From positions 1 to 64,000 of the forward strand of contig QPGO01000292.1 of the NCBI GenBank assembly GCA_008632985.1: 64,000 nt of DNA, given 5' to 3'. Below are positions 22,008 through 35,185 of this stretch, piece by piece (position 1 is the first letter of the stretch; each line of letters starts with the position of its first letter). The translations under genes were made by a program, and so were the position numbers. Source of the stretch: Psammoneis japonica. Taxonomy: Eukaryota. The notes beneath the pieces were generated by a model. It searched no databases, was not told where the DNA came from, and saw nothing but the letters and a program-made list of their open reading frames with translations.

Positions 22008-25000
22008 TGTCAGATGCGGGGTCGCTGTTCGAATGTCACAGGATCAAAGGCACGCAAGTGCTCACCGAGTTTGTCGCGTGCCACCCGTCACACGCACTGA
22101 GCACTCGTCTCAAGGCCTGCTGGGAGAGCCCAGAAGTAGCTGAACGGTCTGATGCGATGGACGAATCAGCCTTCTTTGACACCCACGAGGAACTGGAACC
22201 TCTCGACGACCAGAAGCATTTCTTTGACGCTCTTGAGGACTTCATCCCGGATTTCTTCCGGTTTGACGAGCTCTGTCTGCCGCATCATGTCGTGGACACT
22301 GCCCATTTTCAAGATCCTGTGGAGCTGTTGGAGGAAGCAAGTGTTGGACCAGTCGTCCACAACACCTCCACCATCCAACTGCTCACCGGACAATCACAAG
22401 CCGACCTCCTTGCATCCGATCCGCAGGCACTCATCGGTCTGTCGGACGAGGCTCTCACGGTCGTCATGGATGCTGGTGCCACGCCAGCTGTTGCCCCCGA
22501 CAAAGATGATTTTACGGGGCCTGTGACTGCTCCCAAGAAACCCTTGCAGATCAATGGGATTGCCAACGGTCTTGCCATCCAGGGTGCCGGTCCGGTTGCG
22601 TGGGTGTTCACAATGCCGAGTGGGGCTACCACCCAACTGAACACCATGGCATGCCACGTCCCTGGAGCCCGTCAGCGCCTGCTGTCGCCTCAACGCCTCT
22701 TCAACGAAGAGAAGGGGGCACGTGGGAAGTGTGAGGGCGATGAAACCACTTTCCGTTTACACATTGACGGGATGGGCAAGTTGGCCGTGCCATGTCATCC
22801 ATCAAGCCACTTGCCTGTTGCGTCGATGACCAAGGGCGTGTCTGCCGCTCCTCAAGTGAACCTTCAGATCCTCAACGAGGAGAATCAAAACCTCACGGCA
22901 GGCCAAAAGCTTCTTCTCGAAATGCACGCCCGTTTTGGCCATTTGAACTTTGGTCGCGTCCAAGCACTTCTCCGCGCAGTTCCGTTCCTTTCGAACCATT
23001 TCAAGTCCGCAGCGAAGTGTGACCACCCAAGATGCGAGGCACGCAAATGTGCTAAAGGTCATGGACGCTCTCTTGGATCTACTCACAAGTCGACAGTCCC
23101 TGAACGCGACGGGGCCCTTCGAGCTGACCATCTTCGACCGGGTCAGGCTGTCAGCGTTGATCATTTTGAGTCGCGCCTTTTGGGCCGCACCTTCGACTCT
23201 TATGGCAAAGCCACGTCCAAGCAATTCAAGGGCGGTTGCATCTTTGTCGACCACGCCTCTGGCTATGTCCAGGTCGAGCACCAACTGGGTTTCTCCGCTG
23301 TTGAGACGATGCGCGCGAAGCAAGCGTTTGAGAAACATGCTTTGGACCACAGGGTCATCGTCCAAGATTTTCTTGCCGATGGTGGCGCTTTCAAGGCCAA
23401 CGCTTTTGTACAACACACACGAGAACATGAACAACGTCTCCGTTTTTGTGGAACCAATGCCCATCATCAGAACGGCGTCGCAGAGCGGGGTGTCCGCAGC
23501 ATCTCCAACATGGCGAGAGCGATGTTGCTTCATGCATCAATCCACTGGAAGGGGGGAATTGACAGCTCCCTGTGGCCCATGGCAGTTTCTTGTGCCACGC
23601 ACATCTACAATGTCACCCCAAATTCCAAAGGACATTGCCCAGCGGACATTTTCACTGGTTCGACAGTGCCAAGACATCGGTTGCGCGACATTCACACATG
23701 GGGATGTCCAGCGTACGTGCTTGACCCGACCCTCGCTTCCGGGAAGAAGCTCCCGCGTTGGGAGCCTCGCACTCGTCGCGCTTTGTTCGTGGGACTCAGT
23801 GCCATCCATTCCAGCGAGGTTCCTTTGGTCCTCAATCTTCAAACTGGAAGTGTTGCACCTCAGTGTCATGTGGTCTTTGACGATCTCTTTACTGCCGCAC
23901 CATCAATTGAGAGGGAGACGGATCCACCTGATCACTGGGAACACTTGTGCCTCAACCAATCGACATGCATCCCTCTGGAGAAGGATCAGGCAGTTCATTC
24001 ACACGATGAGTGGCTCACCCCTCCAGAGCGTCAACGTAAAGAACGAGAACTAGCCAGAGCAACACGCATTCGCGGGCATTTTGAGCCTGCTCCATCGATT
24101 GCTGTGCCGGATTCACCCACTTCTCGCGACGACGTCACCGATCGAGTCGCACCTGCGACTCAGCAGCCAACGCCACCAGTCCCACCTGCGACTCAAACTC
24201 CTACAGACTCTACGGACTCTACGCCAATTCAGCCACCTGAACCTCAAGATGGTAACGGACTTCCGCCACCCGAAGCACCAACGGAACCAACAGCTCCTCC
24301 CCCAGTCGAGACACCTCCCATGACGAATCCAGAGGGAGTGCCAGGGCTGCGACGGTCTTCACGGTCAACCAAGGGACAGTTCAACTCTGCCAAGTTTGTA
24401 GATGAGGTCTGCTTCAGCTCCGTCGAGGAAATGCCGCTGCCGATCAGACACGAGGCTCAACTGGCGTATCTGGCGACTCTCGAGACGGATTTGGACAGTG
24501 GTGCCATCAATGTCGGCGATCCACGAGCCCACGCAGCTAGCAAGAAAACCAAGGACCCTGACACGCCTTCGTTGCACAATGCTCTGAAAGGTCCGGACGC
24601 CGACGAATGGATTGAGGCGATGAAAATTGAAGTCAACGCACTCATGCATCGTCGAGCCTGGAAAGCAGTCGAGCGTCAGCCGCACATGAATGTACTTCCA
24701 GGCACATGGGCACTAAAGCTCAAGAGACTCCCAGATGGAACCCCTCTCAAGCACAAGGCCCGATGCTGCGTCCGCGGTGATTTGCAGAAAGAAGGAGTCG
24801 ACCACTTCGAAACCCACGCGCCGGTTGTGCAATGGTCCAGTGTCCGACTCATGCTCACTGCGGCATTAAAGGAGGGATGGACTGCACGACAGGTGGACTG
24901 TGCCACAGCCTTTTGCCAAGCTGATGTCGCCGAGGAAGTCCATGTAACACCGCCGAAGGGATTTGCACCAAGGTCGGGACTCAACATGGTTCTCAAACTT

Positions 25001-26250
25001 TTGAAAGGACCACACGGCCTAAAACAGTCTCCCAAGGGCTTCTACGAGAAGTTGCGAGCTGGTTTAACCGAGCGCGGATGGGTGCCTTCAGCCACAGATC
25101 CCTGTTTGTATTTCAAAGAGGGCATGATGTGTGTGGTGCACGTCGACGACACCGTTTTTGCTGGAGCTTCAGCTGAAGCTCTAGAAGCCGAAATTTGCAA
25201 GTTAGGAGTCTCCGACGACGAACATCGCCACGCACTTGAACTTAGAGACGAAGGAGAAGTCGGTGACTTTCTCGGCATCAAGATCGAAAAGCTCTCCGAG
25301 GGTCGATTTCTACTCACTCAACCCGGTCTAATTGACAAGGTCCTACGTGCCGCACAGATGCAGGATTGCAATGGAGCATCTACTCCAGCTCTGCCTGCGG
25401 CCATTGGTGCTGACACGGACGGGCTACCTTTTGATGAACCCTGCGATTATCGCTCAGTTGTTGGAATGTTGATGCACTTGGCAGCGAACAGCCGGCCAGA
25501 CATTGCACATGCCACACATCAAGTGGCTCGATTCTCGTTTGCGCCCCGAGCGTCCCACGCTGCTGCAGTGAAGCGGATGCTCCGATGCCTCAAAGCAACT
25601 GCTGCTGAAGGTCTCATTCTCAAGCCTGCGCAAGATCATCGAGTTGATTGTTGCGTCGATTCTGACTTTGCGGGGTCATTTGGTGTGGAAGATGGTCAAG
25701 ACCCAGTTTCTGTCAAGTCCAGGACTGGATGCCTTGTCTACTGCGCCGGCTGCCCGCTGATCTGGGTGTCCAAGCTGCAGACTCTTGTGGCATTGTCGAC
25801 TGTGGAAGCGGAACATGTCGCACTTTCTCAAGCCATGCGCGATCTCATCCCCATTCGTGAAGTTCTCAAGGAGCTCAACCACCACGCATTCGGAAAGTCT
25901 GACCGCCAAAACCCCATCACGACCCACTCCAAGGCTTTTGAGCTCGCAACCCAAGGCACCGATGACTCGCCTGTAGAGCAGAATGTCCCACCTACGTCCG
26001 TTGTGTACGAAGATAACTCCGCGTGCCTCAAGTTCGCACGTGTGCCCAAGTTGTCTCCGCGAACCAAACACATCGGTGTCCCGCACCACTGGTTTGGGAC
26101 TAAAGTCGAACAATTGGAGATCGACATCCAACCTATCAGCACTCTAGAGCAACTAGCCGATCAGTTCACGAAGGGACTACGGACCGATGCGTTCCGTACG
26201 GCTAGAAAGGCTCTTATGGGCTGGTAAGCTCTCTCGGTTGAGAGGGAGAG
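22008..26250 (+). mobile_element. Second Ty1/Copia (CoDi-like) retrotransposon: pol (protease, integrase, RT, RNase H); gag and 5' LTR not found
   Basis: Open frame to 26227 with VMDAGAT (protease), HARFGH (zinc finger), VSVDHF/LADGG/NGVAER (integrase), VHVDDT (RT) and VDSDFAG/EDN/LADQFTK (RNase H). Purine tract GAGAGGGAGAG at 26240-26250; a putative 3' LTR follows. Confidence 0.9.
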
Positions 26251-26756
26251 TCACGACTCAACGTCATTCTGGTCGCATCTCACGACTACAACCCAGACTC
26301 AGATTTTCTCTTCGAAATAATTAGCTCATCACAAAATCGATTCAAACAGAAGCAACGACATTCGTCATAATTTCTAGACAACGACTTTCAACAAGCGTCT
26401 GTTTACCTCTGTCGCTATTCATATTGCTACCAACCTCCGAGGTCTTATCCATCCTACTCAGCTGTAGGACTGTATCTCGACTCAGACGGCTAATGCGCAT
26501 GCAGATTGCATTGCTGCGTCGCTCCTTTGCGCCGTCCCTCTAGCTAGAGGCATTACTAGAGTGAGTGGTCTTTGGCAGCAGCCCGGTCATTATATAACGC
26601 CATACATAAGTACATTTCCTGCACTAGGAAAGACTGAAGAACTGGAGTCTGGAGTATCGCGCTACTTTAGTGTGTTTACTTTCTTCAGCTGCGTTGATTC
26701 TTCCAAGTCGACCAGCAAAATCTAACCTTCCAAATCTCAAGCGTCTGACGTCTTCT

Positions 26757-27410
26757 TTAGTCATTGAAATAGGGATTGTTAGAGTCGTTCGAATACAAAT
26801 CATCATCGTCGTCTTCCTCTTCTTGTTGCTGTTGCTGCGATTGTTGTTGATTCCCGCCGCGAGAGTCATAGTAGGTGGACGAGCACTTGACAATGGCTCT
26901 TCCGACCGAGCCAATCTGTCGCGAGACACCAGAGAAAATGGGTATAAAGGTGAGAGCGGAATGAAATAAAACGCTAGTTACATGAAACTATCAATCGTCC
27001 ACCCAATTCACTAACCCAATCATCTTTTTCCTTTTCCGTATCGGCATAAATGAGATAGGTAATCTCGGGCGTACTAATTTCGAAGGAATTTCGCTTCTTG
27101 GATTTTAGATCGGCCGATTTGACCGTGGTGCACTGGCTCAAATCAATCATACCGTGGGGCGCATCGTGAGTTGTCTTTGCAAAAAAGAGCTTGGAGCCTT
27201 TGAGGATAAAGTACCGACGACGCCAGTCCTAGTAGATTAAAAAAAAGCATGAGCGAAAAAATCATGATAGAGACTTGAAACTGCATGAATGATTCTTACC
27301 CTCAGCCACATGGACTGCTTGGTAAGCCATCCCTCGAATTCTGCTTGGTTTGTGTCATAGATAATGTTAGTCGTAGGATCAATGTACGGCGGTCTTGTCA
27401 AGCGACTCAT
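26757..27410 (-). CDS. PH-domain protein, 3 exons
   Basis: MSRLTRPP...EFEGWLTKQSMWLR|DWRRRYFILKGSKLFF...PHGMIDL...YADTEKEKDDW|GRAIV, then an acidic tail. Confidence 0.85.
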
Positions 27411-28028
27411 TGTGCTGTCAGAATTATCTGAGTAAGAAACTACGTAGACAAGAAAATCGAAAGGGGCGATAACGCTTGGGAACAGAAGGGACAAAGCACA
27501 ACAATGCCAATGGTTTCTTCGCTGCTTGCTTGGTTCCGGCGTCTGCCGAAATGGCATGGGAGGATTGGTGGCATGGTGTGCGGATGTGCGTGCTCGCGGG
27601 TACCCATAGACTAACTTAGACGAGAACACTGCTGGCAATGCAGACGGACACACTCACAGCAGAACTAACTTCGATCATACAATTTATAAGACAATATACA
27701 TTTATATACAAAAGTTCAACGTGTTCGGTGATGTGTTCTTTTAGAATAATTATGTTCATCATACTCTAATATAATATATATCCACGTGGCCCCATGGGAG
27801 TGCGTTTCAACGGCAGATCCCTTAAATAAAAAATTCGAAAATTTACTTGGCGAAATTCCGCGAACGTGTCAACCGCCCTGCCTGCAAGCTGTTGGCGGTG
27901 AGCAAAAGACGTGTCGGTTTTGCTGTTGCACTTGCTTCCTGAAGTTTTGCTGCTACCGGTACACCTCGACAACAACAACGACAACAACGACCGTCACAAG
28001 TAGTGAACAACAGAACCAACATCGCAAC

Positions 28029-28878
28029 ATGATACCAAGAAGCCTTGCCCTTGTACTACCATGGACGATACTGTTGGTGTACATGCCGCCTGCGACGAAT
28101 GCGTTGATCTCTGCGCATGCCATGCTTTCAGCTCAAAGACTTCAAGGAAGTGCTCCTCCGGCAGTTTCAGCAATGTCGTCCGACAGCATGATGCAACCGT
28201 CATCCCGTCGACGGAAACAAGCACAATACGATGTGAATTGGGACTGGAAGGCTGTTGCGAAGGAGGCATTCGAAGACGACGACAGACCAATCGTTATGTT
28301 TGATGGTGCATGTAACTTGTGCAATGGCGGTGTCAATTTTGCTATTGATCATGACCCGAGAGGTGAGTGTTGAATGATGGGAGAAAGGGTTTGACTCAGT
28401 TGGATGATTGAGTAGAGGTTGTGCTATGGTCGCAGCACAAGCGCGAGAATCGTTCTGCTGTGTTCCACGTAGTTTTTTGATCCACCTTTGTTCCCAACTC
28501 ACCTCTCTTTCTTCATTTTACAGGATACTTTCGGTTCGTCTCGCTACAATCCAAGATTGGACAGTCGTTGCTTCTTAAGAATGGCAAGTCTCCCACAGAC
28601 ATTTCCTCCATTGTTCTTTGCTACCCAGAAAATCATATTTCAAGACGGACGCTGTTTTGCGGATTTCTCAACATTTTGATGCGACACATATGAAGGTTTT
28701 TGGTCATGTCGGACTGGCGGTACCGGCACCGATTCGAGAATGTGTCTATCGCCTGATCTCAGAAAATCGCTATGAGTTTTCCAAGTTGTTGCCCGAAGAG
28801 ATACAAGAGAACTATTACAACCAGTGCCGATTGGACATTGACGGTGAATACGAATCGAGATTTCTGGAGGATCCATGA
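28029..28878 (+). CDS. DCC1-like thiol-disulfide oxidoreductase (DUF393), probably plastid-targeted
   Basis: RPIVMFDGACNLCNGGVNF, intron from ~28363, then FRFVSLQS...VPAPIRECVYRLISENRY. One apparent frameshift. Confidence 0.85.
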
Positions 28879-29743
28879 GGCGGGTCTCCGGAATCTGCTG
28901 TTACGATTAGAGAGTTGAGGTATTTCGAGCGCATGGTAAAGTTACTTAAAATCCGCTCCGCCAATCCTAAATCATTCAAACTGTGGGGCTCGGCACTGCG
29001 AAGGAAAACTCTGGTCAGAGCTTGTTGATTTCTTTGAACCCGCCCCCCTCCATCCGTCCATTCCACCCAAGACTATCTACAGAGCTTCATTCACAATTTG
29101 AGACGATCACGCCGCAGTAAGGCACAGGTAATCAATCTCGTTGGAGCGGCGGTTTGATTCATCTTCAACCCGAACAAGCGTCGTAATCTCTCCACAAACC
29201 AGCATTTGTTTGAGCGTTTTCTTCGCGTTTGATGCAAACTAAAGAAAGCCTTCAACATGTTCCACCTGGGCTTGCTTGTAGGCCTTCTACCACAAGGGTC
29301 CAGCGACAGGTTTCGAGTATCATCAACATGTTGAGCCTGCCGAAATACATGCCAACAGATTCCCATCAGTCGTAAAAGGCAAAGGAGATCTTCTTCTGTC
29401 GGTCGCTTGAGGAAATCAATTACAAACAAGAAGGCATTATCACCGATCTAACGTCAAACAATCCAATTGGTGCAACCGTTATGGGTTTCTCCCCTTCTCT
29501 GGATTAGCAATGCAGGGATAGAGACCAAGCGCTTTGCTTGCTTGCAAGTCAGGCGCTAAGCACACAGAACACGACCCGACTACGCTGTGAGATATTGTCT
29601 GGATTCAAAAGCGCCAAATAACTCGCAGGTTCCCGCGGTTGACGTTTCTTCCAAGGAAATGTATGCTTGAACCGGGTCCACCACCACCAGTAGTTGCCAA
29701 CCTCTGCTCCATCAGTTCCAGGACTTTAGCCGATTTCAAGAGC

Positions 29744-30496
29744 ATGAAACGGGAAAATGACTGGGCGACCGACTTTTTTGAGAGGCAACAGCAAATGATG
29801 CAGCTGCATGGGCAAGCGATGTACCAGCAACAGCAAGAGTTTGAGAAACACAAACGCAAGTGCCAACGCACCGATGACCTGGAAATTGAGTTCATGATGA
29901 ACGCGAGCACTACGCCAACACCCAACAAGCGTTTCAAGTCGAATCACCCATCCGAAACTAAGTCGAACGAGTTCAACGCAACCTTTCCTTCGGCAAAGTT
30001 GGATTGCCCAGCACCATTCAGGCCGAACGAATCGCCCGTTTTCAATGTGAGTCGAACGAGTTCAATGCAACCTCACCTTTGGAAAAGTCGGATGGCCCAG
30101 CCCCATTCAAGCCAAACGTGTCTCCCGTCTTCAATGTGAATCTTGATTCTACGAAGAAGAAGATCAGCTTTGGAAAATTTCACACTAGAGGAAGCTTGAT
30201 TCCCACCACAAGTTTCGCATGAATGACTATGGTGTTGATACGGTCCAAATGAAAAGGAAAATGAATCGAACGAGAAGACCGGCGTTGCCGCTCGGAGTTC
30301 CAAAATTGTCTTTGAGGAAGTTGCATTTGCAGAGGGGGATATTGTGTACTACACCAAGGATGACAAACAGTACAAGGCCAAGATCCTTGAGGCTCACAAG
30401 GACGACAAGCTCAATCCGTATTACTTTGTTCGTGTCTTCAAGCTCACCGGGCCCGTCGACAAGGACACGGAATCCAAATACCTTTCCGCCTTTTAG
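29744..30496 (+). CDS. Hypothetical protein (frameshifted) with short internal repeats
   Basis: Gln-rich start, repeated PAPF(R/K)PN.SPVFNV, and a coding-like C-terminus GDIVYY...AKILEAHKDD..PYYFV. Confidence 0.35.
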
Positions 30497-30864
30497 ACAC
30501 GAGACAGAATTGAAACGCGATCAACAGCAGACGGATACGAAACGAAGTAGAGCGTAGAATGCATGGATTATAGTAGCAATTTTGTACTAATGCAGAGTTT
30601 TCATAATAGACCTCACTAGTCATCTGGGTCCGTTTTGTTCGTCGCATAGTATACCTTCACGATTTTTTTCATGGATCGTCGCCATCGATAAGTCTAGACC
30701 ATCATTTCCATGGCTCGTTCTTGAATGATAATCACGCCATGATGAATAGCCTACTGTTTCTATCAGTATACTACCCATCAAAGTATAGTCAAACCATACC
30801 CTAGCTTAGAGCGCCATTATTATCTATAATATGTTGCGAGAGAAGCATTGCGCTTGTTTTCTTT

Positions 30865-31950
30865 TCAACTATCGGCCAGCGGTCCTAGTTCGACATCACC
30901 ACCGCTTGGATGATCAGTATACGGTTCATCCGGAAGCATCTTTTCCATTTCTTCATCCTCTGGTGGTGGTGTTGCTTGTTGTTGATGATGCCCACCGCCT
31001 CCCTTCTTTCCAAAAAAGTTGAGAACCTTGGCAGATACTCTCACGACGAGTCCGGTAAATTGAATACCATTCCAGAATGTCCCAAATTTGGCAATTGCGA
31101 TAAAACTGAAAACCTGTCCGAATGCATCACTCAAACCGAGTGCCACCAATAAGAATAACATTTCTTGACACATTCGTAAAAAGGCCTGAACTCGATTGAG
31201 TACAAGGAACGCTACTCCCATCAAGATGACTTGCCCAGTTGAATATTGTACATTGAATCAAAGAGCTTATACTCGTACACGCCCGTGCCACCGTCAAAGC
31301 AGAGACTGATAAACAAGAGTAGAATACCAAACATTTGAGACGATTCGCCACCAACATCTTCGTCGGCACTGCTCTTTTTGATCGACTTGGAATCACCACT
31401 GCAGAATGCATACATGGATGGAACGAGGGTTGTGTTAGAAAACAGCTATAACAACAACACGCAGCTGACGTTGCTTGTTGTTTGTTCCATACTATACACA
31501 CCCACCCTACCACAAAGAGTCCCACACCACCGACAATCATGACGACATTGATATATTTCTTTAGTGGATACTTCTTTCCCATGAGAGCCCCCATAATCAT
31601 GACAGGTTCTGGCTTGCAACTCTTGGATAACACTTGAACGGGATAAATCACACAGCGGAGCGACCATACCGAACAAAGGCATTGCCCATAGTGAAACACG
31701 GTATAAATTCCGGTAAATGAGAGCCCTTGGTCAGATTTTCATAACACCGAACAGACTCCAGACTTGTTCGACGCCAGTATATCGCATGCCAAAGGGCACC
31801 TGAAGTGCTGAAAGCGGTAGTGCCTGACGGTTCCGAGTGTCAAAGGTAACATTGTCGAGTTGGAAATCAAAATCAAAAAGAGTCCAGCTGACAATGGCTA
31901 GGGTCGTGACTCCAGGCGACTGTGTTTCCGTGGAACAATCTTACGGTTCG
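30865..31950 (-). pseudogene. UDP-galactose / nucleotide-sugar transporter (UAA, SLC35B-like), degraded
   Basis: YPVQVLSKSCKPEPVMIMG..GKKYPLKKY, ISLCFDGGTG, MYNIQLGK and AFGQVF..IAKFG. Frameshifts are present and the expected helix after AKFG appears deleted. Confidence 0.65.
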
Positions 31951-32002
31951 TCTACATCCTTTTGGATGAACATATCAGCGGGACTATGCGTCTTGTACCA
32001 TG

Positions 32003-32253
32003 GATGAGCATCCATGAGCAAATTCCATCTCCACAAATTTTTGGCATGAGCAAATTCCTTTTTTCGAATTTCTACGGAGTTTACTACTTAGAATCAATAC
32101 TGTAAAGGAATTTGCTCACAGATTTCGGGGGAAATGTGGAATTTGCTCATGGGTTTATGGAATCTGCTCATGGTTTTTTTGTCTTGCTCATGGGTTTTTG
32201 GAATTTGCTCATGGGTTTTTTGTCTTGCTCATGGGTTTATGGAATCTGCTCAC
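32003..32253. repeat. Array of about 10 GCTCA(TGG) / (CA)TGAGC motifs in two opposed orientations
   Basis: Three ATGAGCA copies at 32004-32060 and seven GCTCA copies at 32114-32253, the last six spaced about 20-22 bp apart. Confidence 0.8.
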
Positions 32254-32650
32254 GACTTTCTTCGCAGCACCATGGTGCGCGCGCACCGCGTCGCGCACAT
32301 CCCGATCTTCTGTCTGTCCGTCGGACTAACTTTCGTTCGCGCGACCAATAAGTAGGTTGCATGTCATGCGTCATTCTCAGAAGGTTCTGGAATTACTTAA
32401 GAAGTTAGATCCATTCGTGGTTGAGACACGGGAAATGAAGAGTGTTCCCGCCAGAAACGAAGACCGAAGTGAAACACATGCAACGATCCACCGTAGGAAT
32501 TAGTATGATTGCACGTCGGAATTCACAGAGCCAATCAGAGAGCGCGCCGCTTCCCGATATGTGTTTCACTTGCACGGGCCGCACTTCGCACCTCGCAGAA
32601 ATCATACACTCACACATCGTGCTTTTGACGCTAGCGCTCGCTCCATCATC

Positions 32651-35185
32651 ATGCCCAAGCAACAAAAGGACAGGATTCAACGGCAAGTATCGTCTAACGA
32701 GCCCAGGGTATCTCCACGTCTTGAAGCTCTACGGATTGCAGCACGGATAGCGGCTCACCGTGAAGCACAGCAGCAACAGACACAACCGCTCGCTGATGCT
32801 GCAAACACACCGCGAGGAGTCACATACCATAAGTCATCGCGGAGAACTCCAACCGTCCTGAGTCCCCATAGTATTCATAAGGAGGGTGCTTTTCATTTGG
32901 GGAAATCGTCGAAACGTCCGGAAATTTCTTCGTTAAGCGTCGTGTCGAAACGCTTTTATGAGATTCTCAAGGTGCGTATGGTAGATTTCTTACGGGAGTG
33001 TACGCTTGCTTACGGATATCTCACATAATTGTTCCCCTCAATCATACTCATTCAACGCTGTAATCGCGAAGAGGTCGCCTGATGAGAGCTTGCACCTTAC
33101 AGACGTGGCGAACGAGCTGGGTGTCGCCAAGCGTCGGCTCTATGACACGATTATTGTGTTGGAGGCACTCGGTATGTTGACACGAGACGGCAAAAACAAG
33201 GTCAAGATATGCAATTCCATACACGGCGAGGCTCAAACAAGTGTTCAACAAGAAGAGGAGCAACATCGTGAGCATATACAGAATCTAGACAAGTGGATTG
33301 CTCTCCTCAAGGAGCAACAATCGAAATCTCTAGCGGAGAAAACTCGTCGCTGCCATCGACCGTCTTGCACCAAGCCGTCTGTGCGTGGGACCGCACCTCT
33401 CTCGCCGTTTGTGCCCCTCCAGGATCCATATTGGATATTCCCAACAAGAGCAAACGTGGAAACACCTTCACAATGCGTCTTCCAGAAAAGAAAGGCTCTA
33501 CCGAGCATACTTTGGAAACCTACTTGTGGGAGGGGGAGCAAGAAGAATGCAAGTCTCGAACTCTTCCACCTAGTAGTAGTTCGCCATCACTTCCTCGACA
33601 AGTCTCCATGCAGGGACAGAATTTGACACCCGAATCTCGTAAGCTACATACCAAGTCCGATGCTGCACCTCCTATCAACCTGTATGATCCTGATATTGCG
33701 ACACTACCACCCCGCGGACACCGTCAAGTATCATACTTTGACAGTAGCACTACGGCACGGAGCGAGATGGAACATAAAGATCCTGCAGCTAAAGACCAAC
33801 CTCAAGGCGCCCGCCAACCGCAGCAGGAACTATCTCCGTTTCGTCAAGTTTCATACTCGTGGACGGTCCAGAAGCACGCTGTGAGTCCGGCTATGAGAAT
33901 GGCGTTCCTCCTCCACCACGTCCGCCAGCAAGCTGTGCCGCGGTCGTTTCGGGAGTGCATCCTTCGCCTCATCAGCCAACAAGTCGCGGCATGTCCGACA
34001 TTGATTGGGTCAAGGCGGCGTCCATTACGCCCAATCATGGTCCTCCTCCTCCACCACCATTGCTAAACAGGCAAGTTCTTCAGATTGGGCCACTGCAGCG
34101 GCGAGTCCACCCAAGATCAACGACTGTCCTCCGCCTCCTCCGCTACTAGCGCAGTCGAGCTCTATGGAATGGGCCAAGACGGTGTCGAGTCCGTCAAAGT
34201 ATCCAGATTGTCCATTGCCTCCACCACTTCTAGCACATTCTATCTCTTCGGAGTGGAACAAGAACGTGTTGAGTAGCATGGCGACGTACAACGACTGTCC
34301 TCCTCCTCCTCTACTGGCGCAGTCCAGTTCGTCCGAGTGGGCCAAGAAGGTGTCGAGTCCAGTCACAAAGAATACGGCAGCTCCTCCTCCTCCCTTGCTT
34401 ATCCAATCAAGCTCCATGGATTGGAAGAAGGCCAAGGAGATGACGACGAGTCCCACTTTTGCCAAGAATTCGTCGTGTCCCCCGCCTCCGGCGTTTCTTG
34501 CTCAAACGAGTTCATCGGATTGGTCAAAAAGGTGCCCAGTACCAGCCCTTCCAAGTACAGCAGTTGTCCCCCACCCTTGCTCAAACAGAATAGCTCTTCT
34601 GATTGGGGTACGAATGCATCGAATTGTCCACTACCACCGCTCCTAGTGAAAGCGAGCTCTATGGATTGGAACAAAAACAAGGCGTCGTCGGGCCGTGGGC
34701 AAGCTCATGCCAAGCTTCCGACAGGTCCTGCTCCTCCACCCTTTCTTTCCTACACCAGTTCTTCGGAATGGTCAAAGAAGATATCGTCGAGTAGCCCAGC
34801 TTTTTCTAAGAAGTGTCCTCCTCCGCCCTCCTTCTTTTCACAGTCGAGTTTCTCGTCGGATGGGACGACCCCCAAGAAACCAAGTGTTTGGTCCAAGGTA
34901 CTATCACCCGCATCTCAGACAGGCTCCACGGACAGTAGTACGAAAAAAACACCAATGGCGCCTCCTCTTTTGCTGGCCCGTCGTAGCAGCAGTGACATGT
35001 TGCCTCTTCCGCCCCTCTTTGCCTCGTGCTCGTCCGAGTTCACCTTTCAAGGAGGGCTCAGCAACAGCGGCAGCTCCACCAAGGAAAAGGAAGACGAGGG
35101 ATGGATGAAGCTTGACGATGATTCAGAACCGGAGTATCGTTTCAACCATCGTGCTGCTCTTGTTCCTCGTCATGTGTCCTTGTAA
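32651..35185 (+). CDS. E2F/DP-family transcription factor with a long repetitive C-terminus (intron, apparent frameshifts)
   Basis: SSLSVVSKRF...LHLTDVANELGVAKRRLYDTIIVLEALGMLTRDGKNKV matches the E2F winged helix (RRxYD), followed by a coiled coil and a marked-box-like AVCAPPGSIL. Confidence 0.8.

Noticed and set aside
7673..26227. Alternative genetic code or recoding to explain Cys/His at Tyr positions
   Set aside because: Host genes use Tyr normally, non-coding LTRs show the same change, and TA across codon boundaries is also converted.
6486..26250. Classical fungal-type RIP
   Set aside because: RIP creates TpA and stop codons. Here TpA is lost, and conserved-residue polarity shows TA is ancestral.
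32110..32253. CRISPR-like array
   Set aside because: The units are ~21-bp tandem variants with no unique spacers, in a eukaryotic context with no cas genes.
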